Source: Octopus bimaculoides | Lineage: Eukaryota | Direction: 5' to 3' | Length of the DNA stretch: 49,753 nt | Assembly (NCBI RefSeq): GCF_001194135.2 | Contig: NC_068981.1 | Location: 168,492,710-168,542,462, forward strand | Shown: one piece after another, positions 33,880 through 48,420 of the stretch | Layout: every line of letters starts with the position of its first letter | Numbering within the stretch: position 1 is the first letter of the stretch | Translations under genes and position numbers: made by a program | The notes under the pieces: generated by a model | The model's database searches: none | Seen by the model: only the letters and a program-made list of their open reading frames with translations | What the model was told of the DNA's origin: nothing

Positions 33880-35499
33880 ATGCATCTGTTTCTGTATCTA
33901 TTTGTGTATCTATATACATCCCCAACATAATGAGTTCACATTATATAACATAAGTAATTTTTCTTTTAACCTTAGTCTATCTTTATTCAACATTATCTTG
34001 AAAGTAATCAAAGAAGAAAAAGATCCCATAACATTTAAATGGTGCCTGGACTAGAAACCTCAGAAAACCAACACCACTAAGATACATTTTAGCCAACAAT
34101 ACTTCTCAACAAGTGGACTAGGGTATACCAAGACCTAACTTAAAACTTCACAAGATAATGCTATTATGTCAGGCATAATGGCTCCTGGAAAAGACACACA
34201 AAGCTATTTGCTCTATTGGCAATAATCTTCCATTCCTGCATAACTGTTGATTGGTTACTGGCAAGAAGGGCATCTAGCGAAGAAAAAAATCCCATGGAAG
34301 CACAGAATGCAAAGCGGTTATACATGCATACATACATACAAATACTCATTAATGTTTGGATATGTGTGTGTGTGTGTGTATTTATAGACACAAATTCCAT
34401 AAAATTATAATAGAATTTTTTTAAACATTGAATAGATGTGGTAAAATATGAACCAAAGGAGGTCCATAGGCAAAAAATGATTCAGAACCACTAGTTTAGA
34501 GCATTGCTCCTCAACCTGAGAGGTAACATGCTCTTAATGGGGTGCATGCTGTGAAGTCACAATATATCTATCAAGTGAAGTCATCGTTGTGGCCAATGAC
34601 AGTACTGCCTGATTGACACCTAGGCTTGTTGCCTTTCATCCTTTTGTGTGTGTTGGGGGTGGGGCAGTAAAATAAAGTACCATTCAAGTACTAGGGGTCA
34701 ACTTGTTCTTCCCCTCAAAATTGTTGATCTCGTGCCAAGATTAGAAATAATTATTCACAGTGTTTTCAACATTAGAAATAATCACAATAGGATTAAATAT
34801 GGTAATTAGGAAAGTATATTAGAGGCAAGCTAACATCTGCTGGGGAAACAACTTTGTGCACTTTTGAATAATTACCTGTTGTCAGAGGAGATATAGTCAT
34901 TGTTCTTACTTGTTAATCCTGTGGTAACTAGTTTACAACAAAAAATGTTACGAAAAATCCTTGACTGTAGACTATACTTTCATTAAGGACGACTAAGAAA
35001 GTATATCTTCGGAGTTGTCTCCCTTGATTGTCTAACAAGCGAGCAATATTAGCTAACCCCCTAATATTCCCCCCAAATCACTGCAATTTAATTAATATCT
35101 CTGATACTGGAAACGTTGAAAATAATTAAACCAACCTCTTTTATGAATATTTTAAGTTACACTTCATCATGAATGTCTGGTTAAAAATAAGACTCAACAT
35201 GGTTGCTTGACCTGCTCTAAACAGCCGTCAAATCTCCGTTAAATGATAACCTACCATTTTAAAAAGAGCAGGAAGATCTTGATATTCTTGGACCTGGTGT
35301 AAAGGTTTACAACAGTGGAAATGATACCCAAAAGAGATAGGGTAATGTTAAACTGAAAAAACAAATTCTGTTACATATCTTACAACATTACTAACATTAC
35401 CTAAGTTATTTATCTGCTAAGGACCCACCTACATCTCAGAAACAGAACTGTCACATTATGAAATAAATCAATGAGATTAATGAAGTCTATGTTAAGAGG

Positions 35500-35855
35500 T
35501 TGGCACTCCGTCGCGAGTTCCAGTTGATCCGATCAACGGAACAGCCTGCTCGTGAAATTAACGTGCAAGTGGCTGAGCACTCCACAGACATGTGTACTCT
35601 TAACGTAGTTCTCGGGGAGATTCAGCGTGACACAGCTGACCCTTTGAATTACAGGCACAACAGAAACAGGAAGTAAGAGTGAGAGAAAGTTGTGGTGAAA
35701 GAGTACAGCAGGGTTCGCCACCATCCCCTGCCGGAGTCTCGTGGAGCTTTAGATATTTTCGCTCAATAAACACTCAACGCCCAGTCTGGGAATCGAAACC
35801 GCGATCCGATGACCACGAATCTGCTGCCCTAACCACTGGGCCATTGCGCCTCCAC
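35500..35855 (-). mobile_element. Young tRNA-derived SINE (family A) with 11-bp TSD ATGTTAAGAGG
   Basis: Near-identical reverse complement of 16975-17356; TSD at 35489-35499 and 35856-35866. Confidence 0.9.
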
Positions 35856-36500
35856 ATGTTAAGAGGAGGTCCAAAACAACAGAAATGCTTGTATGATGAA
35901 GATGACTGCACATAGTCCAAATATATTTCAAATTAGATTTTTGATGCTCACTCACAACATTAAAATCATTAACGTTTTCTAACGAAGTTATAAATAGTTA
36001 GTCTCCTTGTCATAAATCTGTGTTTAGACAGATCTCCCCGCCCCCACAAACATGCATACATTCTAACATTTCTATCACTTCTTGCATTGCACCTACATTT
36101 AAATGAACTATTCTGAAAAAAACAGGTGATATAGTAAAAAAAAAAAAAAAGAAAAAGCTTGACAAGAATAAAGGAATAAAAGAACAGAAAGAGCTTATAT
36201 TCTACACTACTTCTCCCCCCACTCGATATACCAACTGTACAGCTAACAGGATAGGTGCTCACTGCTGTAATGCAATATTTGATGATGAGTGACATTTTTC
36301 CTTACTGCATATTCAATAACTGCTAGTCATTTTGATTGAGAGGATTAATTATACTTATAATAACCAACACCAGACTAAAGCTAGGTCTCTATATTGCTTT
36401 TATTTCAAACCGTCCAATTGCTACTGGATGTCATTTTCAGCCATTCTAAGTTTACAATTTTCTTAGGCACCCTTGTATCTAATTTCTAGTAGTCTTTGAG

Positions 36501-36833
36501 GGTGAAGGCACATGGCTCAGTGGTTAGTGTTGGGCTCACGATCATGAGGTAGTGAGTTCGATTCCATGTACTAGGCTGTGTTGTGTTCTTGAGTAAGACA
36601 CTTTATTTCATGTTGATCCACTTCACTCATCAGTAGAAATGAGTTGTGATGTCACTGGTGCCAAGCTGTATCAGCCTTTGCCTTTCCTTTGGATAACATC
36701 GATGGCATGGAGAGGGGAGGCTGGTATGCTGGTCTTCCACAAACAACTTTGTCCGGACTTGTGCTTTGGAAGGGAGCTTTCTAGCTGCAATCCCATGGTC
36801 ATTCATGACCAAAGTGGGGTCTTTATCTTATCC
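36501..36833 (+). mobile_element. tRNA-derived SINE (family B)
   Basis: catggctcagtggttag..gagttcgattcc head; homologous to 11158-11490. Confidence 0.75.
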
Positions 36834-39017
36834 TTGAAGAATAAACTATCTACCTTCCCTTTCTAAATCCTGGCATCTTTCGTTTCCTCACTGCCCAACA
36901 TTCTTACCCTCTATAAACCATGAATTCTATGTATCTTTTACTAAAATATTCTAAAATAGCTTTCTGGGTGAAGTTGGTTTGTTCCCCTGCCCACCATTTC
37001 CATCACATATAGTCCTTCCTTCCCCACTAACTGAACATAACTTTTTTGGCTTCAGGCATTGATTCTTTCTACATTTACTTTCCAATTGTAGTTTCTCCCC
37101 ATTTGTTTGCCTGGCTGACCCTACACACCCTCTCATCCAGCCTTTCCCACTTCACTGCATTTCATTTCATTTCATTTCCCCATTTACTTGTTTACAACCA
37201 AAGTGACACCACTACTTTTTTTCTCTCTTTGTCACAACCCTCTTTATAGTAAACTCAGCAAACCAGTTGTCACTGATGCAGACCATCTTCATTGGAATTG
37301 GGATTTTACGATGTAAACTGGACTAGATGACTTAGTGTCAGCATATTCAATGCATTGAGCATTCAAACACTAACTAAAAAAATATGGTTAAGAAAAATTT
37401 TGTCAAGTTCTGTTGAGCTCAATATAAATATATTTGTTCTAAATACTGATTAATATACAAATAATGTGAAAAATTACAATTATTTTAGGAAATCAATCCA
37501 GACTTTCAAAATTTAAAGATAGGTACAAGCATGGGTGTGTAACTAAGAACTAGATTTTAGTATGTGTTCAATCCCACTACATAGCACCTTGGCCAAGTGT
37601 CTACTACTAAAGGCCTGGGCTAACCAAGCAATGCCTTGTGAGTAAATTTTATAGATAGAAACTGTGCGGAAGCCCATTATATATATATATACACATATAT
37701 ATATAATGTGTGTGTGTGTGTATGTTTCTGTGTTTGTCCTACCACTGCTTAACACCTGATATTGGTTTGTTTACATCCTCATAACCTAGTGGTTTGGTAA
37801 AAGCACCAACAGGATAAGTGTCAGATTTGACTTAAAATTTAAGCACTGGGTTGAGTTTGTTTGGCTAAACTCTTAAAAGGTGCAATTCTACTATTGCAAA
37901 AAATATAAAAAAATAACAATAAAAAACAGTACATATCTTTAAACAGAGCATTACAGGTTGAAATGGAAATATTAAATTTAGTTATGAAAGCAATGTACCA
38001 CAACAGAAAGTGGAATCCGGAATGCTGGCAAAATGATGATAAAATTGATACAGAACATTTGACACGCATGCATTTGTGAGCATAGTAGGCCTGTCTGTCT
38101 CCATACTGAACCTACCCAACATTCCTCATAGTAGCATTCTAAACTTAAATCTTAATGAGACTTTCTCCTCACTCCCACAAATCCTCAATTAAAAAAAGAG
38201 AAAATAAAAGAATTGCATCAAACATCAGTTTTCCCTTAACAGCCATATATCTTTTGTAGAAAGATTTCCACAGGTAAATCCCCCCATAAATCTGATTGCA
38301 TATAATAGCCTAAATTAGTCATCAAAATAATTGATTTTTTTTTTGTTTTAATTAGAATTGCTTAATAGTGAAACTATATTTTGATTTGCAGAATATTTTA
38401 ATAAATTCTTTGGATTCCATTCCAACCATACTACAGAGAGGAAGATAGAGAATTAAGTTGCAAATTTAAAAAAAGGATGGAATGTTGAACAATTTTAGAA
38501 AATAAAAAAAAAGTTTCACTTAGATATTTGAAGTTAAATCAAATTTCTTTGAATTCAAATAATTTTAATTTTCAACAATTACTAGAGTCAGTGTTAATTC
38601 AAATAGACTTTGATAGTCCAACCCATGTCAGCATGAAAAATGGACATTAAACGATGATGATGATATATACTTTTTACAAGATTTTATCAGAATCACATAA
38701 GATCCAATATGTAAATATCAGATGTTGGATTACTTTAACCCATTTCCAGTTTACATCCACATGGTTTGACCAGTACCTTGTGACAGGAATTTGAGACGGA
38801 AACTGTATGGTAACTTCTTGTGGATGTGTGAGTGTGTATACTGGTATAAATCACTAAGTCAAGCAAGGGTACCTTGTGGTAAATTCATCCCTAAATAGAC
38901 ATAATACACAAGCAAGCTTAACTATTCAATTAAAAATAGATCAATGAGTACCAGACTAAGTACTGTGATCAACATAATTTACTAAAATCCTTGAAGACTG
39001 TGCCCCAGTAAAGACTC

Positions 39018-39272
39018 AACTTGTCTTGTAATGGTATTCACCCAGGAGGGGTTAAGCTGGCTCCCATTGAGTTCACTGCATCACTGGTCAAGGCAATCCA
39101 TGCAGTTGTGCTGAAGCCATTCCCAATTCCAGTGATGAATGCCAAAGACTCAAGAGCCAGAAGTGAGCTTCATATCTGCTTTGACTGTTGCGTGCCATGT
39201 CTTCAGCTGACCACTTCTCCACTTACGCTAACCCATGGAAGGATCTGGTAGTATTGCCTTCTGGATGAGTTC
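39018..39272 (-). mobile_element. 3' end of a distinct RTE-like LINE ORF
   Basis: ELIQKAILPDPSMG*RKWRSGQLKTWHATVKADMK..W..W.WL pattern typical of RTE C-termini. Confidence 0.55.
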
Positions 39273-39852
39273 ATCATGCAATATGTAACCAAACCACTGT
39301 AGTCTCCTTGTCAGAAGAGTGCTCTCAAGAGGTGAGAAACCGTAATGAGCATAAAGTTGTCAGTTCGAAACGCAGTCTGAGATATGCAACCTACTGATTA
39401 AAAAGAGTCCAAGAATAACTGTAGTTAATCAGAGAACCCACACGTTAATAAACTTATGAAACAGAAACAGGATACACAACTCCATTTGGGCACGTTTGCA
39501 TATATATGTGCCAAATGTTTTAAGCAGTCTTTCAATAATTTTCTTCCTAATCCAAAACAATGATAACTAAAATAGTCTGATAGACTACAAGAAAGTTATT
39601 TATATGTTTGTATGCAATTATCATTATTCTCATTATTATTATTATTATTATCATAATATTTTTTTGCTTTATTTTCAATTAAAGTGGAACACTCACATTA
39701 ATAGTTTTGACAAGTAGCTGAAAGATTTCAATATATTTCAAAACTGCCTTAGTTTTTTTTTTTGGAAAATTTTTGCTTTGCAAGGAGAGCAGTGCTTTTC
39801 CTGAATGTAATAATAGATTAGGTCTTGAATGAAGAAGGAAAGAAATGGAGAG

Positions 39853-39887
<35 letters not shown>

Positions 39888-40999
39888 AACAAAGTTTCTA
39901 TTGATCGGTAGATGAAAACATAACTGAATAGCCAGTGAAAAAGGTCAGGATGAATCCCACCAGTTTTGTGTTTTACTTTTTGTTGGCTGTGCAATTAGAA
40001 GTTTTGATAAGAACAATAAGTTTCCAGACGTATATTGTAATAGAGGTTATTAGATCTCATTTGAATATCTTCAGGCAGAAACCACAATGAATAATAGTAA
40101 TGAAAAAAAAAAATTTTAAGTGAAAAAAATTACATCGAATTTTTCTATACAAGCTTCAATTGATTTTTTTTCCCCCTTTGTGTAGTTTTTTTTACATGTG
40201 TTTTCTCCTAGGTAAGCATGAATAGTTGTTTTAAGAAAAAAAAGATAAAAAAATTATGCTTGCAATATAAATTGCTGGAGCATCTATTTTTTTTTACAGC
40301 TGGAAGTTGAAAAGTATTCTACACAAGTTACTTGCTGTTAGCTCGGTAGACTGATATAAAAACAATGAAGCATCTTGATGTGGGCTGTAACACAATTGTT
40401 GTGATGAGATTTAAAATTATGATCATGCAGTAAGTAACCTCTAAGGTTTTAAGACAATGATTCAGCATAGAATTCTCAACTCTGTATTTTGTGGTCAGAT
40501 ACCCTTCTCAATGCCAATCAGTCAACTGTATAGAAGGGATTCTCATCTATTTTACCGATATTATTATCATTATTTAACATCCAATTTTCCATACTTGTAT
40601 GGGTCAGAAAGAATTTAGTGAGACAGCTGGCTGGATGCCCTTCCTGTTGCTAACCCTCACTTGTTTCTAATCAAGGTGATATTTACCAATGGTTAGATAC
40701 ATTTTTCATGAAAGACTGGAAGCAAACAGCGTAATTTGCAGGATGGTGATGTCTGTTTACAACCATCACATGATGTCAAAGATACAACACACACACACAC
40801 CACATGATGGGTTTCTTTTAGTTGCCATCTACCAAATCCAGTTACAAGCTCACAAAGCTTTGGTTGACAAGGGTCTATAACAGAGGACACTAGCCCAAGG
40901 TGGGACATAATGGGCCTGAACCCAAACTACATGGTTGGAAAGCACACCTCTAAACCATATAGCCACCCCTACACTTACATATATATGTATATGGGCACA

Positions 41000-41260
41000 C
41001 GACTCAGTGGTTAGGGTGTTGCACTCAATCACTAGATCATGATTTCAATTCCTAGACTGGGTGGTGCATTGTGTTCTTGAGCAAAATAATTAATCTCATG
41101 TTGCTCTGCAATCATTTCAATACCTGATGCATGGTACACAGTGCACCTGTTCAGGCAATGTTGATTTGATAGAGAGAGTGAGCTAATGTGCAGCACAAAC
41201 ATTTGATCACTATAAGCAAATCATTTGTACAGGTCGTTCGGCAAAAGCTGAACACTCAGA
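41000..41260 (+). mobile_element. tRNA-headed SINE sharing the B-type core but with a different 3' part
   Basis: gactcagtggttagggtg..tttcaattcc..tgtgttcttgagcaaaa; similar head at ~24685-24800. Confidence 0.55.
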
Positions 41261-41699
41261 CATCGTCTTCAACAAGAGAGTCCATCATATATCTATATAA
41301 TGATTATCAAAATAAGACGCAGTCCTCTTTAGGTAACAAATATATATCAATAACTTCTCAAAAATTGCACCCTGAAATGAATAAGTATGACTCGGGCAGG
41401 TATCTAGATAAGAGTTCATATCCCACTGCATGCAGCCCTGTTTGATGGTACTAAGATACTCGAATGATTCAGTTGATCCAACTGGAGAGTAGATAAGTAA
41501 CCATCTTGAGAAAGATGGTCCAAGACAAGAGATATATTGACTATTCAATGTTAATGAATCCACTCCAAGAACTGATCAGATGGTTCAGTAATTATAAAGA
41601 TTAACATTTTCTTAGGGATAACACAAACAGACCATTGCGTGATCCATAAATTGTATAGTCTACTAAAGGCAGGGGCATCCTTTCTTTTGAGAAGTAGGC

Positions 41700-42245
41700 T
41701 GCACAACATGAATAATTCAAGGTAATTTTTCATTAGGTGTTCAATTCAGAAAGGTTTGTATGCTGCAGGTTACCCATAACTGGGCAAGATAATGTTAAAC
41801 TAGGTGATGTGTTAGGCTTAGCCAATGGCAACAAGAACAGTTGCAATGTTTTATTGACTCCAGCACCAGAAAGGTTATCTTAGAAGGTTTAGAGGCTCCT
41901 TGCTGACCTTGACTTTCATTTCTCTGTGTAGAATGTCATCCAGCTCCAAAATCCCTAGATATCTATAGCCACTACTGTCGGGTTCACCCATGGTCTCTCC
42001 TGATGGTAATCACAAACCTCTGCAGGCTGCTTTCTTCTCTCTTTTCATATTAAGTACTGAGCATTTGGTAATCCCAAGTTCCATACTGATGTCCCTACCA
42101 CACTGTTGGACTGTTTCGGTTAAGGAATCTATCTGTTTTTCAGATTTCCCAAACAATTTCAGGTCATCCATAAACAGAAGATGGTTCAATGATGGGCCTT
42201 TCTTCCCACATCCGTAACCCATCTTAACTTTCCTAAGTGTCATTG
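41700..42245 (-). mobile_element. R4/Dong-like non-LTR retrotransposon RT fragment (pseudogene)
   Basis: LNHLLFMDDLKLFGKSEKQIDSL..DISMELGITKCS; GYRYLGILELDDILHREMK. Confidence 0.75.
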
Positions 42246-45200
42246 TTTAGAGGTTTAGAGGCTGCAAGAGCTGCTGTAGAATCAACTTAGCAGCAGCAGC
42301 AGACTAGCATCCTATCAAAAGGCAGCTTCCTTTCTCATCCACTTAACTCTGGAGAGACCAGAGTTGAATTCTAGTCTTGTTGATCCTTGCGAGCAATAAT
42401 TTTATAAAAGTAAGACATAATAGTTTTCTTTGCAGATTGATGGCAAATATGATGTGATTCAACTGAAGATTTTCATAATATTGGTAAATATTTGAATGGC
42501 TACTTGGTTATGTACGTTTATTGATAGAGATGGAATTATAAATGTGGCAAGGTTATGTGATCAGTGTTTACTGATGTGAATAATTTGCTTAAAAGCAATA
42601 CTAGAAAACAATCAACTAATTAGTAACAGAGTCTGAAATTAGTTGGTTCTGACTACAGTTCTGGCAATGTAGATTAATTGTCTATAGCTTAACCTTGGCA
42701 GCAGTAAGAGTAGACAGGAAGCTGGTAATTAGTAAAGTGGGCTTTATATAAGGGATAGCTTTTATAATGTCATGTAACAGAGGAAATGTATAGCTGCAGA
42801 CAGCAAGTGACATTTAACAAAGATAGTTTTTAGAACTGCAGACCAAGTTTGAGATTAGAGAAAGAAGAGTTTCTTTAGATAGCAAACAACATTAGAAGTG
42901 GAATGCTGAGGAAGACTGAACAGTAGGATAGAAGAGAAAGAAAGAGGAGGATGGAGGTGTGGTGGTGGTAGTGGTGAAAGTAAACAAAAAGAAAGATGTG
43001 CATTTTGATGATAGATGAAAAGATATATATATATATATATATATTTATTTATTTATAAAGAGCTGATGAAATTCCTGATTGTATGAAAGAATTAACCTGA
43101 AAGTTTGTAATAGTGTAACAATGAAAAACAGACAGGATCTTACAAATATTGCAAAACACATAATGGTACTTTTATACCATGGGCTATAAATATATTGAAG
43201 AGAGACCAAAGGTTGCAAAAGTGCAAGTAGTAGTATGCCTGTCATGATTACAGAAGATGTGCGGTTCAAACCCCAGGTAGCTTTTAGCCTTTTTCCATCT
43301 GAGGGGTTTTTAACCTAATATATTACAAGCTAGTACGGACAGCTGTAGTTGCTTTCAGATACACCATTAAATGATTTATTCACACACACACTAAAGTTGC
43401 AATGAATGGCTGCAAAATAATTGTAAATGGTAATGAGGAATCAATTGTATTGAGACTGAAATTGTCTACAACATTACTGAGATGTTCAGTAGTCACAGCG
43501 ATAGAGAAGACAAACGTCTCTGGTGGTTGCTTTAGCCCACTATTAATTTAATTGTATTATATATAAAGTGAGAGGTTATTTTCAAAGTCTGAAATGATAC
43601 ATAAAAATCCTTGTCAATGTTATTTATAGATACAAAAAATACATCTACTGGAGAAGAGAAACTACACTGTTAGCTTCAGAATCATCACTGTCATTTAGCA
43701 TCTGTTTTCCATGCTGGCATGGATTAGATGGTTTGACTGGAACTGTAAGCTGGAGAGCTGTACTAGGCCCCACTCTAGTTTGGCTTGATTTCTATGGCTG
43801 GATGCCCTTCCTAAAACATAATGAAAATAATAAAATGTGCTATAACAGAGCAAATCAAAGTATAGTTGTTTGTCTCCAAGATTAGTCCTGCCTGAACTGA
43901 CATAGGATGAAAGGCATGAACTGTCTGTTGTATTTTCAGCGAAAGTGTATCTCAGATCATATCATCCAATGCATTTGCTTTTCAACATGTTAGAGTATGA
44001 TCAAAGGAAGAATTGGCTATTATTTCTAGTAAAATCAGCCTCAAGCAGTAATACAATTATCCCTTGTGGGTAAAAGTTTTCGTGCCACATGGGTAAATAT
44101 ATTCTGCTTGATCAGATGTTATACAATCCTCAAGCTTTATCAAAAATATTCTAGAGTACTTTTTTACACAGCTTTGCAGTGTATTGCCACAGAAAGTTAT
44201 GCCATCTCTGCTAGAAAATCACTAGAAGCATGTGTAATGCATCAATGGATAGAGAGCAATATGCCCAATGACACCAAATCTAAGAAGAGATTTTATCAAT
44301 GACAATTCCAAAGTTTAATACCTTTTAATGATGTATATACATTTAGTATGATACACAGATAGCAATTTTAATTTAATGCGGATTCAATTGCTGAGAAGAG
44401 GGTTATATGTATATTATGCAATGGTAGAGTGGGGTGTAATGAAAGAATAAACAAATTGTGATGCTTGCTACACATAACATTATTTATTCCATATTTTGGC
44501 ATATAACTAAGGGGGACAAATAGTAAAATACATCAAATTAATGGGGGCAAATGACAGAGGAAGAGCTAAGAATCACTGAAATAGAGGCCACTTCATTGCC
44601 TGCTCAGAACTAGATTTAAATGCAACTAGCAAGTTCTGTAAAGCCATAGTTTGGTATAGTAATAATAGTGACTGCGAAGGAGGGTAGTTTTAAAGTTGCT
44701 ATTGGACCAAGTCTGTCCTGATTGAGTAAGCTTCTAATTAAAGAAGATTTCAACTGTGACCACCCAGTTGTTTTCTGGAAAGTGCATCTGAGACAGCAGT
44801 ACCAGTGTGTTCTTCCACTTCCTTTTATTTTAGATGGTAAGGTGTGATATAAGGGAGATTTGACTGCTATTTATAGTAAGTTGTGTAACCTTACAGAGGT
44901 TACTTAATTTTTCTGTGTTCATTAGAAAGGAGACTCTAGTGATGTGACAATATGTCAACAGAAAAGGGTTATATGATAGTGAAAGTAGAAATAAGATAGT
45001 GAAAGTAGAAATAATGGGACAATTCAGATATTTAAGAACAGGGCCAATTTATAAGATACATTGTGTAATAGTAGTGGTGTTTAATGCGCTAATGCAGCAC
45101 TGGCACAGGTGCTTTTTAAGTGGCACCAGCACAAATTCTGTTTGACCCATGCAAGCACAGAAAAGTGCACATTAAGACAAAACAACTTATCTAACCATAT

Positions 45201-45832
45201 GTAGTAATGTTTGCAGAATATAAGTTAAATTGTTATGAGGAATTGGAGGTCCATATCTTTGGCTCTTACTCTTGTACCAAACTGTTAAATATAAACAGAA
45301 GCAAAAGTTACAGAAAAAACAAACAAACAAAAAAAGCGCTAGTGATGACTAGTGAAGGTATAAATAAATACCCCAGCCTTGTATCCAATCATATTCAAAT
45401 GCCTGAATATAAAATTGTAGCTTAAAGGTAAAATAGATGACGTGCAAGTAAAAATACGGTTTTAATTAAGCTTAATTAAGCTGGAGATTACTAGAAGCAG
45501 CCGAGAAGTCCTGTTAGTTAAATAATAAAAATCACTGGTGTTGGTAGTGGTGGTGCAGTAAGAGAGGTGGTGGGGGAAGGCAGCAAGTGGCATTATGATA
45601 ATTGAAGTTCACAGTGGCAGAACATCTGATGCTGTTAACAAAGAAATAATCACTTTGGATTAAAAACAATATGAAAAGACAAATAGTGGCAAGTGTTTCA
45701 AGTAATCCAATGCCTAAAATCTAGTTTTAATTACACACACATAGCTGTGTGTATGTGTAAGAGTTCGTCAAACGATTTGATAAATCCACTTGCTGTGTAG
45801 TAATGAAGGATCTAAAGTTCCTGGTCTTTGCT

Positions 45833-46217
45833 GAGTGAGTGAGTGAGTGAGTGAGTGAGTGAGTGAGTGAGTGAGTGAGTGAGTGAGTGAGTGAGTGAGT
45901 GAGTGAGTGAGTGAGTGANNNNNNNNNNNNNNNNNNNNNNNNNNNNNNNNNNNNNNNNNNNNNNNNNNNNNNNNNNNNNNNNNNNNNNNNNNNNNNNNNN
46001 NNNNNNNNNNNNNNNNNNNNNNNNNNNNNNNNNNNNNNNNNNNNNNNNNNNNNNNNNNNNNNNNNNNNNNNNNNNNNNNNNNNNNNNNNNNNNNNNNNNN
46101 NNNNNNNNNNNNNNNNNNNNNNNNNNNNNNNNNNNNNNNNNNNNNNNNNNNNNNGTGAGTGAGTGAGTGAGTGAGTGAGTGAGTGAGTGAGTGAGTGAGT
46201 GAGTGAGTGAGTGAGTG
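45833..46217. repeat. (GAGT)n tetranucleotide satellite spanning a gap (45919-46154)
   Basis: The same repeat is read on both sides of the N run. Confidence 0.9.
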
Positions 46218-46555
46218 AAAATTCTTCTGTATGGCCAACAAGTGGAAGGATGTTGCGGCAAAAGAAGACCTCTCCTTAGATATAAGGACAAGTTGAAGCA
46301 ATCACTAAAATTACTATAGCTTAACCCGACATCTTCGGAACGTCATTGCCTAGATTGATATGCATGGCATAAAATGTATCACAACACAACCAAACAATGC
46401 GAGTTGAAGAAAAAGAACAATAGAACTACATCCCACAATCAAGACACACTTGCCCAATCCCTGGCAAAAATCAAAATCATCAATGTCCTGATTGCGACTA
46501 CATAGTAAAATCCATACTTGGACTGAAATTACATTCATGCATCCATCATAAATAG
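46218..46555 (+). mobile_element. 3' end of an RTE (BovB-like) LINE ORF with terminal C2H2-like finger
   Basis: KILLYGQQVEG..RRPLLRYKDKLKQSLK..AW; CPDCDYIVKSILGLKLHSCIHHK*. Confidence 0.7.
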
Positions 46556-48420
46556 ATGCAGCTTCTTAGTTTTTTTCTTCTTTTTTTTCTATTACTCTCT
46601 TTAATTTTAAGTCCTCTCCTTATGTCGAACACTCATATGTCGAAAACAACAGGAGTGACCACTATATGAAAAAAAGAAGTGAAAAAGCTTAGTCAAAAGC
46701 AAATGGTTCCATGAGAATATAGAAATAGAGGTTATAAATACAGACATGTAATTTTTACAAACAATTTCTTAAACACGCACACACATACAAATGCAACTGA
46801 TATCACAATTTCTAATCTACTCTTTATAGTCCCCATCCCAACATTCTCACAAGAGCATGAATGATGCCAATGAAATTCCTTCAACAGGAGGTCAAAGCTA
46901 GGCTGCAGAACCATTCCTTTGAGAAAAACATAGTTGAAAACCAAAACAAGTCAATGAGAAAGATTGTATGTAGGTGTTTGACCTGACTGGGTGGTCGCTA
47001 CATGTCTACTTGACTTGTAAAAAATGTTAACCAACTTTGTAGTATTTAGTTAAATTACAAACAGATAAAAAAAAAAGTGCGTTCACTGGATAATATAGTC
47101 CTATATTCACTATGTTCAACAACAACAGCAACAACAAAAAAGAAACGAATAAAGGGGATGGTCATGGCTAGAATACTTTCGGTGAAAGGACTGCTTGATC
47201 ATGGCTCACCTGTGGTTAAACACTAGCAATAAAAACACAATCATATTTTTTATGACAAAGTTTGGCCATGAAAATAAACAACTGCGTACATTACAAATTT
47301 GATATTGCCAGATGATGGATGACTATTGTTAGGAACCACCCCCCAGAGTATAATAATCATTTCTAACACAGACATACACAATGCCACAATATTGGGCAAG
47401 GCAGCAGTCGATTAAATCAACATATTTTATCAGCCTTGAATGGAAGGAAGGCAAAATTGAATGGCACCAGGCCAAACAATTTTTGTTTTGGAGGAGAAAA
47501 AGTAGTTGATTAACCTTTACATGACTATATTTTTAATGATCAGACTGCCTATGTATTTCAATTAATTTCAAATAGAATCAAGATTTTATGGGGGTTTAAT
47601 GATACATCTTTAACTTGATATACTAGTATATATATTATGCCAGTATTAAACTAAAACTTTAACTATTCATGGTATGAGGTTCTGAGATTTTAATATGAAG
47701 GCACTCCTCAAAATTTGTATGTTTAATTTTTTTCTCTCTCCTTTTTCTGTGTGTGGAGATGAAAATAGTTTTTGTGCATGTACAGGGCAGTCTTCAAAAT
47801 TTGCCTGCTCAAATTGTTCATACTCTTTAGACTTTCTAAAGATCAAAGAGCACAAATATCAAACATACAAATCTTAAGGAGTGCCCATAAATACAGACTG
47901 TTTACTATGAGCTGTCTCAGGTATGCTGGTACTGCAATAGATGACTAGATCTTATTTAATCAATACTTGAAGGATGAAAGAGTGCACAAATACAATGATG
48001 TAACTAAACACAAAAAGACAATTTATGTGGTGCCATACTGATTTTACCATTCACTGCTAACACAGATACAAGGTCCCATACCTTGCAGTGGTAAAATAGT
48101 CGAGTGTACTGACTCCAGTATTTGACTGGTACTTGCTTCATAAACACAAGAAGGACGAAAGGCTAAGTCTACCAAGAGCTTACAGAATATGAATCCACTG
48201 CTATAATAGTATTTTTTAAAATTCAACACAAATCTTATTTCAGTAGAAATGTATATAGTTAATTAATTAAACAATTATAAGATTGACAGAAACATTATAC
48301 TGTTATTGATATCACCTAGAGGAGGTTGCTTCTTTTCCATTCACTAAAGTGAATGGAACTTTGGCTAGGAAGAACTGATGTCATCACCCTCCCATTGATG
48401 GGTCAGCAGAGGTGGCCATA

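Larger units (their letters stand above)
996..46154. other. Eight assembly gaps: 996-1407, 3585-3758, 6918-7357, 11595-12279, 16325-16424, 20362-20824, 25196-25696, 45919-46154
   Basis: N runs, nearly all abutting microsatellites or high-copy repeats. Confidence 0.99.

Noticed and set aside
35489-35499. Both SINE-A TSDs begin with ATGTT on the + strand, suggesting target specificity
   Set aside because: The elements are in opposite orientations, so the motif falls at different ends of the target; two sites are too few to conclude.
39341-39380. Second hammerhead-like string (taatgagc...gttcGAAACgcaGTC)
   Set aside because: GAAAC-GCA-GTC fits, but the CUGA box is absent and stems I and II do not pair convincingly.
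885-46301. Long ORFs in the track dominated by X, IY, CV, HT or HSLT runs
   Set aside because: Artefacts of N gaps and microsatellites.
47667-47855. ORF MCSLIFRKSKEYEQFEQANFEDCPVHAQ as a possible upstream exon
   Set aside because: Plausible acceptor but no good donor and no recognisable homology.
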